From assembly GCF_053078305.1 (NCBI RefSeq), contig NZ_CP166879.1: a stretch of 64,000 nucleotides of DNA. The stretch is one strand, 5' to 3'. Below, piece by piece: positions 44,301-53,798 of the stretch. Position numbers and translations under genes: made by a program. The stretch's first letter is position 1. Each line of letters begins with the position of its first letter. Under the pieces are notes generated by a model. It saw only the letters and a program-made list of their open reading frames with translations. It was not told the origin of the DNA and did no database searches.

Positions 44301-47300
44301 TAGTTGTTATCTCCAAGCAGACTTTGACCACACAGGATTTGGTAGTTGGGTTCATCTACTGCAACCTGTTTACTAATAAATTCATGAACGTTTCCAAGTG
44401 CTGAATCATTATTGGTCTTTGACCACATACGCCTTGCTCCCAGAATCAATAACCTTTCTTGAGCTCGCGAAATAGCAACGTTTATTCGCGGCGCGTCGCG
44501 CAGGAAACCTTGTAGTTTGTTGGGATTATCGCGAACCAGACTGAGGATAATTATCTTGTTTTCCTGGCCCTGATATGAATCAACGGTATCGATCTTGATC
44601 AAACCACGTAACGATGCAGCCCATTCAGCCCGACTGATAGCATTGTCAATTTCCTCTTTTTGCTGACGATACATTGTGATTATACCAATAGGATATGGCT
44701 GTTCTGTGGTAATAGTTTGCTCAAGCTGTGCAATGCAGCCATCACTCGACAATGACTGCAAAGCCTCTAGCAGTAGCCGGACTTCTCGTTGATTATAGTA
44801 ACGACCATTACCCTTATGTTCTTCTGCACCTGCTTCATTAGGGCTCGAACTATCGATCCAAGTAACAGTTTTGTTCCAAGGGATTGGTAACTTGGAATAC
44901 CAATCTGGCGAGACTTTCCTCGATGAATGCAGTTTACCGATATCTTGAGCGTAAAAGCACTCCGATACTAACTCGCCAATTGGTTCTACCATTCGATATT
45001 GAGTATCGAGTGTTACGCCGCCTGTTGCTTTAAAAGCACGTTCAAAATCAGACTCATAAAAGATCCCTTTCCCGAGTTCTAATTTCTTAGAGGCTAACTT
45101 AAGATGCTGTTGATGATAGAATGGTGGCAATTGTTTATGATCCCCTACCAACAGCACCCGCTTGCCTGATTGCAGCGCTACCATCAATTCAGCAGCTTGT
45201 GCTCGGCCAGCCTCATCAACTATTACCCAATCAAAGCTGGACTCAGCTAGTTCTAGTCGACGATTCCCAACACCAACAAGAGTTCCACAAACCAATCGCT
45301 TACTTTTGAACATAAATCGATCAAATCCAGCCTCGCCGCCGCGTAATACATCCATCCACTCTTGGCTCATTTCCAATAGCTGCATAAAACGTTCAAGGTT
45401 CTCTGGATTGTTATAATTGTATTGTATGGCAACTTGCTCAGCCAACTGTCTTATCAAGGTTTCATCATAGACAAGAGTTTTCAGCAAGCTGTCATCGAAT
45501 ATTGAGTTAATAATTTCTTGTGTTCGCAGTTTAAGCTGATTGCTTTGTTCTAATAATTCAGCCAGTCGCTCTTGATGACTAATACTACTACTCTTTATTT
45601 GTTCTACTTTATCCAGCTCACGGCTATATTGGCCATATGTCACCATCAAGGGATTCAGCGTACGATGTAACTGACATAACTGTTGGACTAATAATGGGGC
45701 CATCCCTAGGCGCTTTCCTAGGGAGCTAACTCGCAGATCATATTCACGGTGAAATTTATGCTGAATCTGTCGCTGAAGAGCTTTAGTTGCAACACTTAGC
45801 ATACCCTCATCAATCATAAGTTCATTACCAATACGTACTGTATCCAGTTCCATTCCTTTCGTATGGCAGAGCTCTCGAGCCTTGATGGCTACATTATCAA
45901 CAGAGGCATGGGATTGCCCGACCAAAAGAATGTTATTCACACCGCAATGTTGATACAGATAGTGAATAAATTTTGAAATAAATGTTGTTTTACCTGTTCC
46001 AGGTGGTCCCTGCAGAACTCCAACTGGTCCAAACTCGACCAACTGTTGAAATGCCATTAGCTGCTGTTCATTAAAACGTTGTCCAGGCTGATCATAAAGT
46101 GCGCGTAATGTCTCCGCGGATGGCCGCGGTTGCATTTGCTGCATGCAGGGTTTCTGGTGGTAATCAAAATACTGTGGCAGATGCTGGATCTCTGCTTTGT
46201 TTTCAATTACCCGTTGAAGGGCTCTTTGACGCAACTCTCTTGATGATTTGTCACGGATCGATTCCAATTGTAGCTGGCTGCCGCTACTAATTCGCTTACG
46301 AGCAGCATCAAAATCAAAGCGAATAGCCAATAGACTCGGCGTAGTCTCACTTAGCTGCAATTCCCCTAATTGCACTGATTCACGCTTATCTTTAATATAA
46401 ACAATGATCTTATCATCAAGTTCAAAGCTGAGGTCAGCACCGGATTCCGTAGTATATGGGTAGAGTAAGCAACCACTCGGTGATTCCTGAAAGTCAGTAG
46501 AGTCGATGTTGACTATATCTCGTAGGTCTACTTCTGTATCAGATAATGCCTGCCATAACTCAATTGGGCTTGACTCACTACTATCGAAGTCATCTTCATC
46601 CATCTCTTGATTAGGATTAGCTCGCTCAATGATGGCATCAATTACTGGCTCGAGGTTAAACAGTAGTTCAATAAAAGTATTACGCTGATTAAGTGAGCCA
46701 CGTTGTAATGAAAGTTGAGTATTAATTTTAGCCTGGGAATATTTACCAGCCTTTATACTTTCTTCGATCGATAATCCTTTTTCATACACTATTCTATTAA
46801 TAGTGCGATTATCAGGATCTAAGTCTATCAATAGCCGCTCTCCTAGGCCAGTGATGTAACAACGCAATTCATGCGCAAAGCGTGGGTTAGATGACCAGTT
46901 ACATTGAAAATAATAGATCCCATCATTTTGTTCTAGAAGCTTCACTTCTTGCGGCCAATCATCTGTGCCCCAGCAAACAGGAATTACCTTATCCTGTGAC
47001 TCAGACGCCACAACTTGATTAATCTCAGCTTGTTCCGGTGCTCGAATTGACTGCAGCAAAGGATCGAGCGCGATAGGTATACCGTCAACGGTTTGTTTTG
47101 CGCGTTCTAGCTCAGCCTGCACCAGTACTGGCATATCTTCACTAAATAGCTCCTCCACCATACGATATACTGCAAAGCAATCTCGCCCAAAAGCATCAGT
47201 ACTTTCGGGATTCTCTGGCTGGTAGCGATTATCTGCAGTTAATTCATCACTGAATTCAAGCAATCCAATCAGAGTAATTACTGTCTGCTCCCCGACTTGT

Positions 47301-49258
47301 ACCAGCAGTTTCTCTGGGCAAAGATCTCCATGAGGTAACTGCTTTTCATGAAAAGCATGAATGGTGTTGATCAACTTTTCCGCAATTGTAAAACGTTGGG
47401 ATTGTACTAACACGTTCTCAGCAATAAACTGTGACCACGGTAGGCCATCCACATACTCGCTCACTACATACAAGCCGCCTTGTCCTAATAGTCCATAGGA
47501 CTGCACCTTAGGAGTTGGCAGATTTATATGCGTAAGCTTATCGATCCGTTGCTTAAAAGCGTGGATACGGCGGTTAACACCAGGTTGTTGAGGGGTCAAA
47601 ATAACACCATCCCACAATTTTACCTGCAGAGCTTTCCCACCTTGTTCACAGTGATAACTGATGCTGCCAGTCGTAGCAATAGCAGCAAGAGCAGAGTAAA
47701 CCATAGACAACTGTTCAGGAAGTGGAGGAAACTCAATTAACACACCAACGCTGTTCATCCCTTCGCGAAAGAATTTGTTTTGCTTTAATTCTTGATAAAT
47801 CTGGTTAGCTTCATCAAATTCTTGGCTATGTTCCTTAGTAGCTGCATTAAACTCATTGAGCATTATGTCCGCACGTGGAAAGCGTTTACTTGGCTCAAGG
47901 TTAAGAGCTTGCTCAAACCAGCTATTTAGAATACCGCTAAAAGGATCAGTTAATGGAGCTCTCCATTCAGGCATCTGTCCAGGAGTCAGTAATGATTCAC
48001 CTGCAAAACAAATACGATAAGCAATTACAGCCAACATGAATACATCTAGGCGATAGGGCTCAACTGCTTCTTCAAAAGCATCTTCGGGCAAAATATATGG
48101 AGCACTTTGCAATGTCGGACGCAATGACTCTAGGCTATTATGTCCCTCCAGTGAGGCTGCGCCAAAGCCAGTAACGACAATGCTCTTCTGATCCCCTGCG
48201 TACCATAGATTGTGCGGGTCAATATCACAATGACTGATACCCAAGCTATGTAATTCCGAGAATGGAGCTAATAATGCACGAACGCGATCAATACGCTCAG
48301 ATTTACTCCATCCGTCAGCTTCGCTATCTAGAATCTCATCTAATCGGCTAAAACTACGGCGTAACTCATACAGCTCACGGGCATCATCAGTTATATCCTC
48401 CTCGGATAGTTCCCTTACAGCACGCAACATATAATCCTGCATAGTTGCGCTGCCATGACGAACTAGGCGACCGACTCGAGTCTCACGCAGAGCTATCTCA
48501 GCCCACAATGTTTGCATTGCGTTTGCTACACCCAAGGCATCAAAGTTCCACTGCCGTAGCAGACCTCTGTGTTGACTATTGTCTTTGTGGGTAGCCCTGA
48601 ATTCGTTGTAGACCATGTGAGGGTGACTAAAGAATGGCTTATCGTTCGCAAGATAACCGCTTTCTTTTAGTGGCAAAGGCCTGACTTTTGGTCCTTCAAA
48701 GAAGGACTTAATTATAGGTAATGCCTCATCAGAATTTGGTCGAGGCTTTCCCCCTTCAAAAAGATGAAAAAAGTTAGTGTGTTGCACCAGCTTTTCGTAA
48801 TTTTTTGGGTTACCTATAGTCAAGAATTCATCACGGGTATGAACATAGCGCCTCTCACTTAATGGCAAGTTTTCAGGACCAGCTGTGCCACACAGCACTA
48901 CATGAGCCTCAACATGCAAAAAGTAACCCAGCTTACGAGATAACTCTTCCTGCAACAAATCTTTTAGTCGCAGTGCATGCTCACGCTTGATCTGATAGGG
49001 ACTTTTGCCTCGTGACTTACCATTTTGCAGCCACTTCCCCCCTTCAAATGTGATGTTACCATTCCACTCTTTAAGCTCGACTAATAGCAGACGGTCAGCA
49101 GTAATAATTAGCATATCGATTTCCATCGACCCTTGGCTATCAGTAACAACTAAGCCAGCATAGCCAAACCAACTATCTGGTAACTGCTTAACCATCATAT
49201 CAACTGTTTTGGTTTCGCTGCGGTGCAGGCCAGCACCACCTACTATCTGATACTTCAC
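44300..49258 (-). CDS. 1652-aa multidomain protein: N-terminal NERD-like nuclease domain, two protein-kinase-like domains, C-terminal SF1 (Upf1/DNA2-like) helicase
   Basis: NERD-like D...ELK region (aa ~45-65); kinase catalytic-loop-like HCDIDPHN (aa 343-350) and HGDLCPEK (aa 643-650); Walker A GPPGTGKTT (aa ~1084), Walker B VIVDEAG, SF1 motif TVDSYQGQE. Confidence 0.85.
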   Translation of the reverse strand: MKYQIVGGAGLHRSETKTVDMMVKQLPDSWFGYAGLVVTDSQGSMEIDMLIITADRLLLVELKEWNGNITFEGGKWLQNGKSRGKSPYQIKREHALRLKDLLQEELSRKLGYFLHVEAHVVLCGTAGPENLPLSERRYVHTRDEFLTIGNPKNYEKLVQHTNFFHLFEGGKPRPNSDEALPIIKSFFEGPKVRPLPLKESGYLANDKPFFSHPHMVYNEFRATHKDNSQHRGLLRQWNFDALGVANAMQTLWAEIALRETRVGRLVRHGSATMQDYMLRAVRELSEEDITDDARELYELRRSFSRLDEILDSEADGWSKSERIDRVRALLAPFSELHSLGISHCDIDPHNLWYAGDQKSIVVTGFGAASLEGHNSLESLRPTLQSAPYILPEDAFEEAVEPYRLDVFMLAVIAYRICFAGESLLTPGQMPEWRAPLTDPFSGILNSWFEQALNLEPSKRFPRADIMLNEFNAATKEHSQEFDEANQIYQELKQNKFFREGMNSVGVLIEFPPLPEQLSMVYSALAAIATTGSISYHCEQGGKALQVKLWDGVILTPQQPGVNRRIHAFKQRIDKLTHINLPTPKVQSYGLLGQGGLYVVSEYVDGLPWSQFIAENVLVQSQRFTIAEKLINTIHAFHEKQLPHGDLCPEKLLVQVGEQTVITLIGLLEFSDELTADNRYQPENPESTDAFGRDCFAVYRMVEELFSEDMPVLVQAELERAKQTVDGIPIALDPLLQSIRAPEQAEINQVVASESQDKVIPVCWGTDDWPQEVKLLEQNDGIYYFQCNWSSNPRFAHELRCYITGLGERLLIDLDPDNRTINRIVYEKGLSIEESIKAGKYSQAKINTQLSLQRGSLNQRNTFIELLFNLEPVIDAIIERANPNQEMDEDDFDSSESSPIELWQALSDTEVDLRDIVNIDSTDFQESPSGCLLYPYTTESGADLSFELDDKIIVYIKDKRESVQLGELQLSETTPSLLAIRFDFDAARKRISSGSQLQLESIRDKSSRELRQRALQRVIENKAEIQHLPQYFDYHQKPCMQQMQPRPSAETLRALYDQPGQRFNEQQLMAFQQLVEFGPVGVLQGPPGTGKTTFISKFIHYLYQHCGVNNILLVGQSHASVDNVAIKARELCHTKGMELDTVRIGNELMIDEGMLSVATKALQRQIQHKFHREYDLRVSSLGKRLGMAPLLVQQLCQLHRTLNPLMVTYGQYSRELDKVEQIKSSSISHQERLAELLEQSNQLKLRTQEIINSIFDDSLLKTLVYDETLIRQLAEQVAIQYNYNNPENLERFMQLLEMSQEWMDVLRGGEAGFDRFMFKSKRLVCGTLVGVGNRRLELAESSFDWVIVDEAGRAQAAELMVALQSGKRVLLVGDHKQLPPFYHQQHLKLASKKLELGKGIFYESDFERAFKATGGVTLDTQYRMVEPIGELVSECFYAQDIGKLHSSRKVSPDWYSKLPIPWNKTVTWIDSSSPNEAGAEEHKGNGRYYNQREVRLLLEALQSLSSDGCIAQLEQTITTEQPYPIGIITMYRQQKEEIDNAISRAEWAASLRGLIKIDTVDSYQGQENKIIILSLVRDNPNKLQGFLRDAPRINVAISRAQERLLILGARRMWSKTNNDSALGNVHEFISKQVAVDEPNYQILCGQSLLGDNN

Positions 49259-49468
49259 GTTTTCTCCTGCACCACTAAATTTTTGTTGGTGGTAGTCCAG
49301 TAAAAATGGATGTAGTTATCTAAGACAGCGCATAGATTGTGCCTGCCTAACCCTAAAAAGTGTAATTATGAAAAGTAACGCTAGAAATTCTATACCGTTC
49401 GCAAAGAGAACACTTTTCAAAGATATATCATCATCTTGAACATGTCACTATAATGGTGAATCCATAAG

Positions 49469-49630
49469 ATGCGAACACCACATCTTGTGCCACTCAGCAA
49501 ACAGGCTGTAGCCATACTGATAAAACTTCAGACATGGGCAGTTGAAAATGGTCTGGTCTTTACGGGAGCACATGACCCGCGTAAACCAATCAGCGAAAAC
49601 ACCGTAAATAAGGCCCTTAGGTGCCCTTGA
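49469..49630 (+). pseudogene. Phage-type integrase fragment (internal ~53 codons only)
   Basis: MRTPHLVPLSKQAVAILIKLQ...GLVFTGAHDPRKPISENTVNKALR resembles the central region of P4-type integrases (compare intact int at 18437). Confidence 0.5.
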
Positions 49631-49725
49631 ACCACTATATCCAGACAGCCGTTGAGCTTAAGTTAACGTTACCGAGTGACGTTGATATTCCCTCGGTGAG
49701 AGATAACCAAGGCACCATGAGGATG

Positions 49726-50353
49726 CTATTCGTTATAGTGTTCGAACGCCTCCGCAAGGTTTTTTACTGCCGTTAACACGTCCGGTTTAGGTATGATACT
49801 GATGTAATCGCTCTTCATCGTTTTCACGAACCGTTCTCTCATTCCATTACTCTGAGGGCTACTGACTGCCGTCGTGCAGAGCTCCAGATTCAACTCTCTG
49901 GCGAACTGCCGTGTTTCATGAGTTGTATAAGCCGAACCGTTATCGGTCAGCCACTGGATGGGCCATCCCGGTCTATCGCCAAAGCGTTTTTCTATCGCTC
50001 CTGACATGACATCCTGCACCGTTGCTTTGCCATAACCTCCCGTGCTTGCGGCCCAGTCTATGGATTCAAGATCGCAACAGTCCAGTGCGAACGTGACACG
50101 CAGTTTTTCGTCATCATCACAACCGAACTCAAAGCCATCGGCACACCAGCGCGGGTCGCTTTCCTTCACCGATATTCGGGCCTTTATGTTCCCTCTGCGG
50201 TCGTGAAGGTTTGTCATGTAATAACAACAGGTTATTCTCGCTCATTATTCGATAAACGCGATTTGCATTCACGAACTGCAGTCCTTCGTTAAGACTGCCG
50301 TCTGAGAATAGCCCAGACACGACGATAGCCATCGAATCGCTGAACAGCGTCAT
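49726..50353 (-). pseudogene. IS2-like (IS3 family) transposase OrfB remnant, frameshifted
   Basis: ORFs 49726-50217 and 50129-50353 together resemble IS2 InsD (NANRVYRIM..., [34 protein letters not shown]) in two frames. Confidence 0.6.
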
Positions 50354-50459
50354 TCGGCAGGCGATAAAGAAGGTGTCGTTACGGGGAAGTCATCTTCACA
50401 GAGATTTTCAGTCAGTTAGCATTACCGACATTCATTCACCAACTTACCGGAGATAATCA

Positions 50460-50789
50460 ATGTCAAAACCCCGATGGACCATTGAACAGAAAAGGCAGCA
50501 CGTTGCTGCCTGGCGCGCCAGTGGTCTTACACGTCAGCAATACTGTGAACTCAACGATATTCCCTTCACATCACTTCGCGAATGGCCGCAGGATGTCGCA
50601 AAAGCTGAACGCCGGGCAAATGAACCGACCGTTCTTCCCGTTCATATTGCGCCACCACTGCATGCTGATGTACCACAGCCCGTCACGAATGAGCCAGTCA
50701 CGCTCTTCCTTCCCGGCGGAGTACGGATGTGCTGTCAGCCGTCACAACTTACCGATGTCTTCAGGGCGCTCAAATATGCTCAGTCCTGA
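50460..50789 (+). CDS. IS66-family TnpA (orf1) of outer element
   Basis: 109-aa ORF followed by overlapping tnpB and tnpC in the canonical IS66 order. Confidence 0.7.
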   Translation: MSKPRWTIEQKRQHVAAWRASGLTRQQYCELNDIPFTSLREWPQDVAKAERRANEPTVLPVHIAPPLHADVPQPVTNEPVTLFLPGGVRMCCQPSQLTDVFRALKYAQS

Positions 50790-51168
50790 TAATGTCTTCA
50801 TCGCGATTAAACCTGTTGACATGCGCCGGGGCATCGACACACTGACGCAGTATATACAGGATGAACTCCGGTCGACATGGCATGAGGGAGCCGCCTTCGT
50901 CTTTGTTAACAAAGTCCGTTCGCGTATCAAAGTTCTCCGGTGGGATAAACACGGGGTGTGGTTGTGTACCCGCCGTCTGCACAAAGGCAGCTTCCGCTGG
51001 CCACGTGCAAATGATGCTGCCTGGCACCTCACTCCCGACGAGTTTAACTGGCTGATTGCCGGTGTTGACTGGCAGCAGGTTAAGGGACATGACCTGACGA
51101 AATGGGGCTGGCAGAATGAACCTGAACTGCGCCCTGAAAACACGCAAAATACACTGCTAACTCAGTGA
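50776..51168 (+). CDS. IS66-family TnpB (orf2) of outer element
   Basis: ORF 50482-51168; start set at MLSPDNVFIAIKPVDMRRG, paralogous to the TnpB at 52940-53290. Confidence 0.7.
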   Translation: MLSPDNVFIAIKPVDMRRGIDTLTQYIQDELRSTWHEGAAFVFVNKVRSRIKVLRWDKHGVWLCTRRLHKGSFRWPRANDAAWHLTPDEFNWLIAGVDWQQVKGHDLTKWGWQNEPELRPENTQNTLLTQ

Positions 51169-51174
51169 AAAATA

Positions 51175-51265
51175 ATGAATATCCGTATCCGGAGTGGTAT
51201 ACTCCCCTGTATGGATATCTCCGCTCTCAACACCACGAATGACATCGAAAAACTGCGTGCTATGG
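51175..51265 (+). pseudogene. IS66-family tnpC of outer element, 5' part (interrupted by nested IS66 insertion)
   Basis: ATG at 51175; reading frame continues exactly across the insertion into 53807-55320 when one copy of the 8-bp duplication is removed. Confidence 0.7.
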
Positions 51266-51295
51266 GTAAGCGTCAACGGAGCACCGTATTGACGC

Positions 51296-52909
51296 TTATT
51301 TATTGGTGAGTACTACGTTCCATGGCAGGAGTTCATCAACTCGGTTGGAAGGCCATTCTGGCAGTACGCTCAGGATATGGCGCAGATACGCTTCCGGATC
51401 GATACCGTTCAGACGGCAGGTGCCGATCAGCCCGTACAACAGTGCTCCACGCTCGCCGCCGTGATCGCTGCCAAAGAACATAAAGTTTTTCTTTCCGAGA
51501 CAGACTGCACGAAGCGCTCTTTCCGCAGCATTATTATCCGCCTCCGCCAGACCGTCATCACTGTAATAACAGAGGGCATCCCACTGATTCAGTACATAGC
51601 TGAACGCTTCGCCCAGTCTGGATTTTTTCGACAGCGTACCATTCTTCTCCACCATCCATTCATGCAGTGACGTCAGTAACACTTTGCTTCGCTGCTGCCT
51701 GACGGCAAGACGCTCTGACTCCGGTAATCCCCGTATTTCATCCTCGATGGCGTACAGTTCACTGATTCGCTTCAGGGCTTCTTCTGCCGTCGCACTTTTG
51801 CTGCTGATGTATACATCGTGGATTTTTCGCCGGGCATGGGCCCAGCACGCAACTTCTGTCAGTGCACCACCTTCACGTTCTGCACTGAACAGCCGATCGT
51901 AACCGCTGAACGCATCCGCCTGCAGGATACCCCGGAAGGGACGAAGGTGTTGTACCGGATGTTTTCCCTGCCTGTCTGGTGAGTAGGCGAACCAGACCGC
52001 CGGTGGCTCTGATGAGCCCGCATTCCGGTCATCCCGGACATACGTCCAGATGCGTCCTGTTTTTGCCTTTTTTCTGCCCGCTGCCAGCACTTTTACTGGT
52101 GTGTCGTCAGTGTGAACCTTGCGGGTGTTCATCACGTAACGGTACAGGGTATCATTCAGCAGAGTCATTAACTGACAACATGCGTCAACCCAGTTGGAGA
52201 GTAATGCCCGGCTCAGTTCGATGCCCTGGCGGGCAAAGATTTCACTCTGACGATACAGTGGCAGGTGTTCGCAGTATTTTCCCGTTAACACGCGGGCAAG
52301 TAATCCGGAGCCCGCGATGCCGCGCTCTATCGGGCGGGACGGCGCTGGCGCTTCAACTATACAGTCACATTTTGTACAGGCTTTTTTTACCCGAACAGTG
52401 CGGATCACTTTCAGGGCGCTACTCACCAGTTCCAGCTGCTCAGCACTGACTTCCCCCAGATAATCCAGCTCACTGCCACACTCCGGGCAACAACTTTCTT
52501 CAGGCTCCAGACGGTGTATTTCACGGGGAAGATGTGCCGGTAACGGACGACGATGACGTGACTGTCGCAACTGGCGGGGAACCTGCGGGTCATCCTCACG
52601 CCCACTGTAACGATCGCTTTCCTGTTCGCGTTGTTTCAGTTGGGCCTCAGCCTGTTCAACCTCACGCTGCAGTTTTTCAGAACGGGTACCGAACAACATC
52701 CGGCGCAGTTTTTCTATCTGGGCCCTCAGATGTTCTATTTCCCGCTCCTCCTCTTCGATCTTTTCCTCGGCACGTGCCAGTGCAGAGCGCAGGAAGGCCT
52801 CCGTCTCTTCAACCAGACTCAGTTGCTGATCTTTCTGACGGAGGGCTTCAGCCTGCTCAGAGAGCAGCCTTTCCAGCTCAGTGATACGAATGAGGTATTT
52901 CCGACTCAT
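51296..52909 (-). CDS. IS66-family transposase TnpC
   Basis: 537-aa ORF with N-terminal coiled-coil, CPECG zinc-finger-like motif and DDE region. Confidence 0.9.
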   Translation of the reverse strand: MSRKYLIRITELERLLSEQAEALRQKDQQLSLVEETEAFLRSALARAEEKIEEEEREIEHLRAQIEKLRRMLFGTRSEKLQREVEQAEAQLKQREQESDRYSGREDDPQVPRQLRQSRHRRPLPAHLPREIHRLEPEESCCPECGSELDYLGEVSAEQLELVSSALKVIRTVRVKKACTKCDCIVEAPAPSRPIERGIAGSGLLARVLTGKYCEHLPLYRQSEIFARQGIELSRALLSNWVDACCQLMTLLNDTLYRYVMNTRKVHTDDTPVKVLAAGRKKAKTGRIWTYVRDDRNAGSSEPPAVWFAYSPDRQGKHPVQHLRPFRGILQADAFSGYDRLFSAEREGGALTEVACWAHARRKIHDVYISSKSATAEEALKRISELYAIEDEIRGLPESERLAVRQQRSKVLLTSLHEWMVEKNGTLSKKSRLGEAFSYVLNQWDALCYYSDDGLAEADNNAAERALRAVCLGKKNFMFFGSDHGGERGALLYGLIGTCRLNGIDPEAYLRHILSVLPEWPSNRVDELLPWNVVLTNK

Positions 52910-52939
52910 GACCGTTTTTATAATCCGGCCATGACATTT

Positions 52940-53290
52940 TTACAACATTGTCAGTGCATTAAGGCGGGATGTTTTGGGCTGACGCCAGTCCAGTTTATCG
53001 AGGAGCATTGCCAGCTGCGAGCGGGTAATGGATACCTTACCGTCACGCACCGCAGGCCAGATAAACTGGCCTTCCTCCAGACGTTTGGTGAACAGGCACA
53101 GACCATCAGCATCAGCCCACAGAATTTTAATCGTGTCACCCCGTCGGCCGCGAAAGATAAACAGGTGACCGGAGAAGGGGTTCTCATCCAGCACATGTTG
53201 TACCTGTTCTCCCAGACCGTTGAAGGATTTACGCATATCAGTAACGCCGGCAACCAGCCAGATTCGAGTGCCTGATGGGAGCGAGATCAT
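52940..53290 (-). CDS. IS66-family TnpB (orf2)
   Basis: 116-aa ORF MISLPSGTRIWLVAGVTDMRKSFNGL..., typical IS66 orf2. Confidence 0.88.
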   Translation of the reverse strand: MISLPSGTRIWLVAGVTDMRKSFNGLGEQVQHVLDENPFSGHLFIFRGRRGDTIKILWADADGLCLFTKRLEEGQFIWPAVRDGKVSITRSQLAMLLDKLDWRQPKTSRLNALTML

Positions 53291-53712
53291 CGTCCCCTCC
53301 CGGTCAGTTCACGGATCAACACCGTGAGCAGCTCTGGTGAAGGATTTTCCAGCGTCATGTTACCGTGGCGGAACTCAACTTTACAGGAACTGGCACTGAC
53401 TGTGCTTTGTGAAGGAGTGGATAAAAGCGGAGTAAGAGCCGCCACAGGCTCTTTCTGCTCATCAGGCGTTATCTCAACAGGTAATAATTCAACGCCAGCG
53501 CCAGAAGAGGTTGTTACCGGAAGACGCCGCGATATACGCCCTTCGTTCTGCCAGAGCCTGAGCCATTTGAACAGGAGGTTATCATTGATATCGTGTTCCC
53601 GGGCAATACGGGCAACAGAGGCTCCTGGTTGTGAAGCCAGTTTAACCATTTGAAGTTTAAACTCATTTGAAAATGATCTGCGGGGTTCTGAGGATAATAT
53701 TTTCTGTTCCAT
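53287..53712 (-). CDS. IS66-family TnpA (orf1)
   Basis: 141-aa ORF overlapping tnpB start by 4 nt. Confidence 0.85.
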   Translation of the reverse strand: MEQKILSSEPRRSFSNEFKLQMVKLASQPGASVARIAREHDINDNLLFKWLRLWQNEGRISRRLPVTTSSGAGVELLPVEITPDEQKEPVAALTPLLSTPSQSTVSASSCKVEFRHGNMTLENPSPELLTVLIRELTGRGR

Positions 53713-53798
53713 AACAGGTGTCCACTAGTTGAAAAGGTGGGCACCTACGTTACCAATACTGGCTTAATGGCTACATACGGCGGTCAGTTTACGCTTAC

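Larger units (their letters stand above)
51266..53798 (-). mobile_element. Complete IS66-family element (tnpA-tnpB-tnpC) nested inside another IS66-family tnpC
   Basis: 2533 bp, GTAAGCG-initiated terminal IRs, flanked by perfect 8-bp direct repeat TGCTATGG (51258-51265 and 53799-53806). Confidence 0.88.

Noticed and set aside
52951-53253. 100-aa minus-strand ORF overlapping IS66 tnpB
   Set aside because: Alternate frame of the same strand within tnpB; the tnpB frame has the family-typical sequence.
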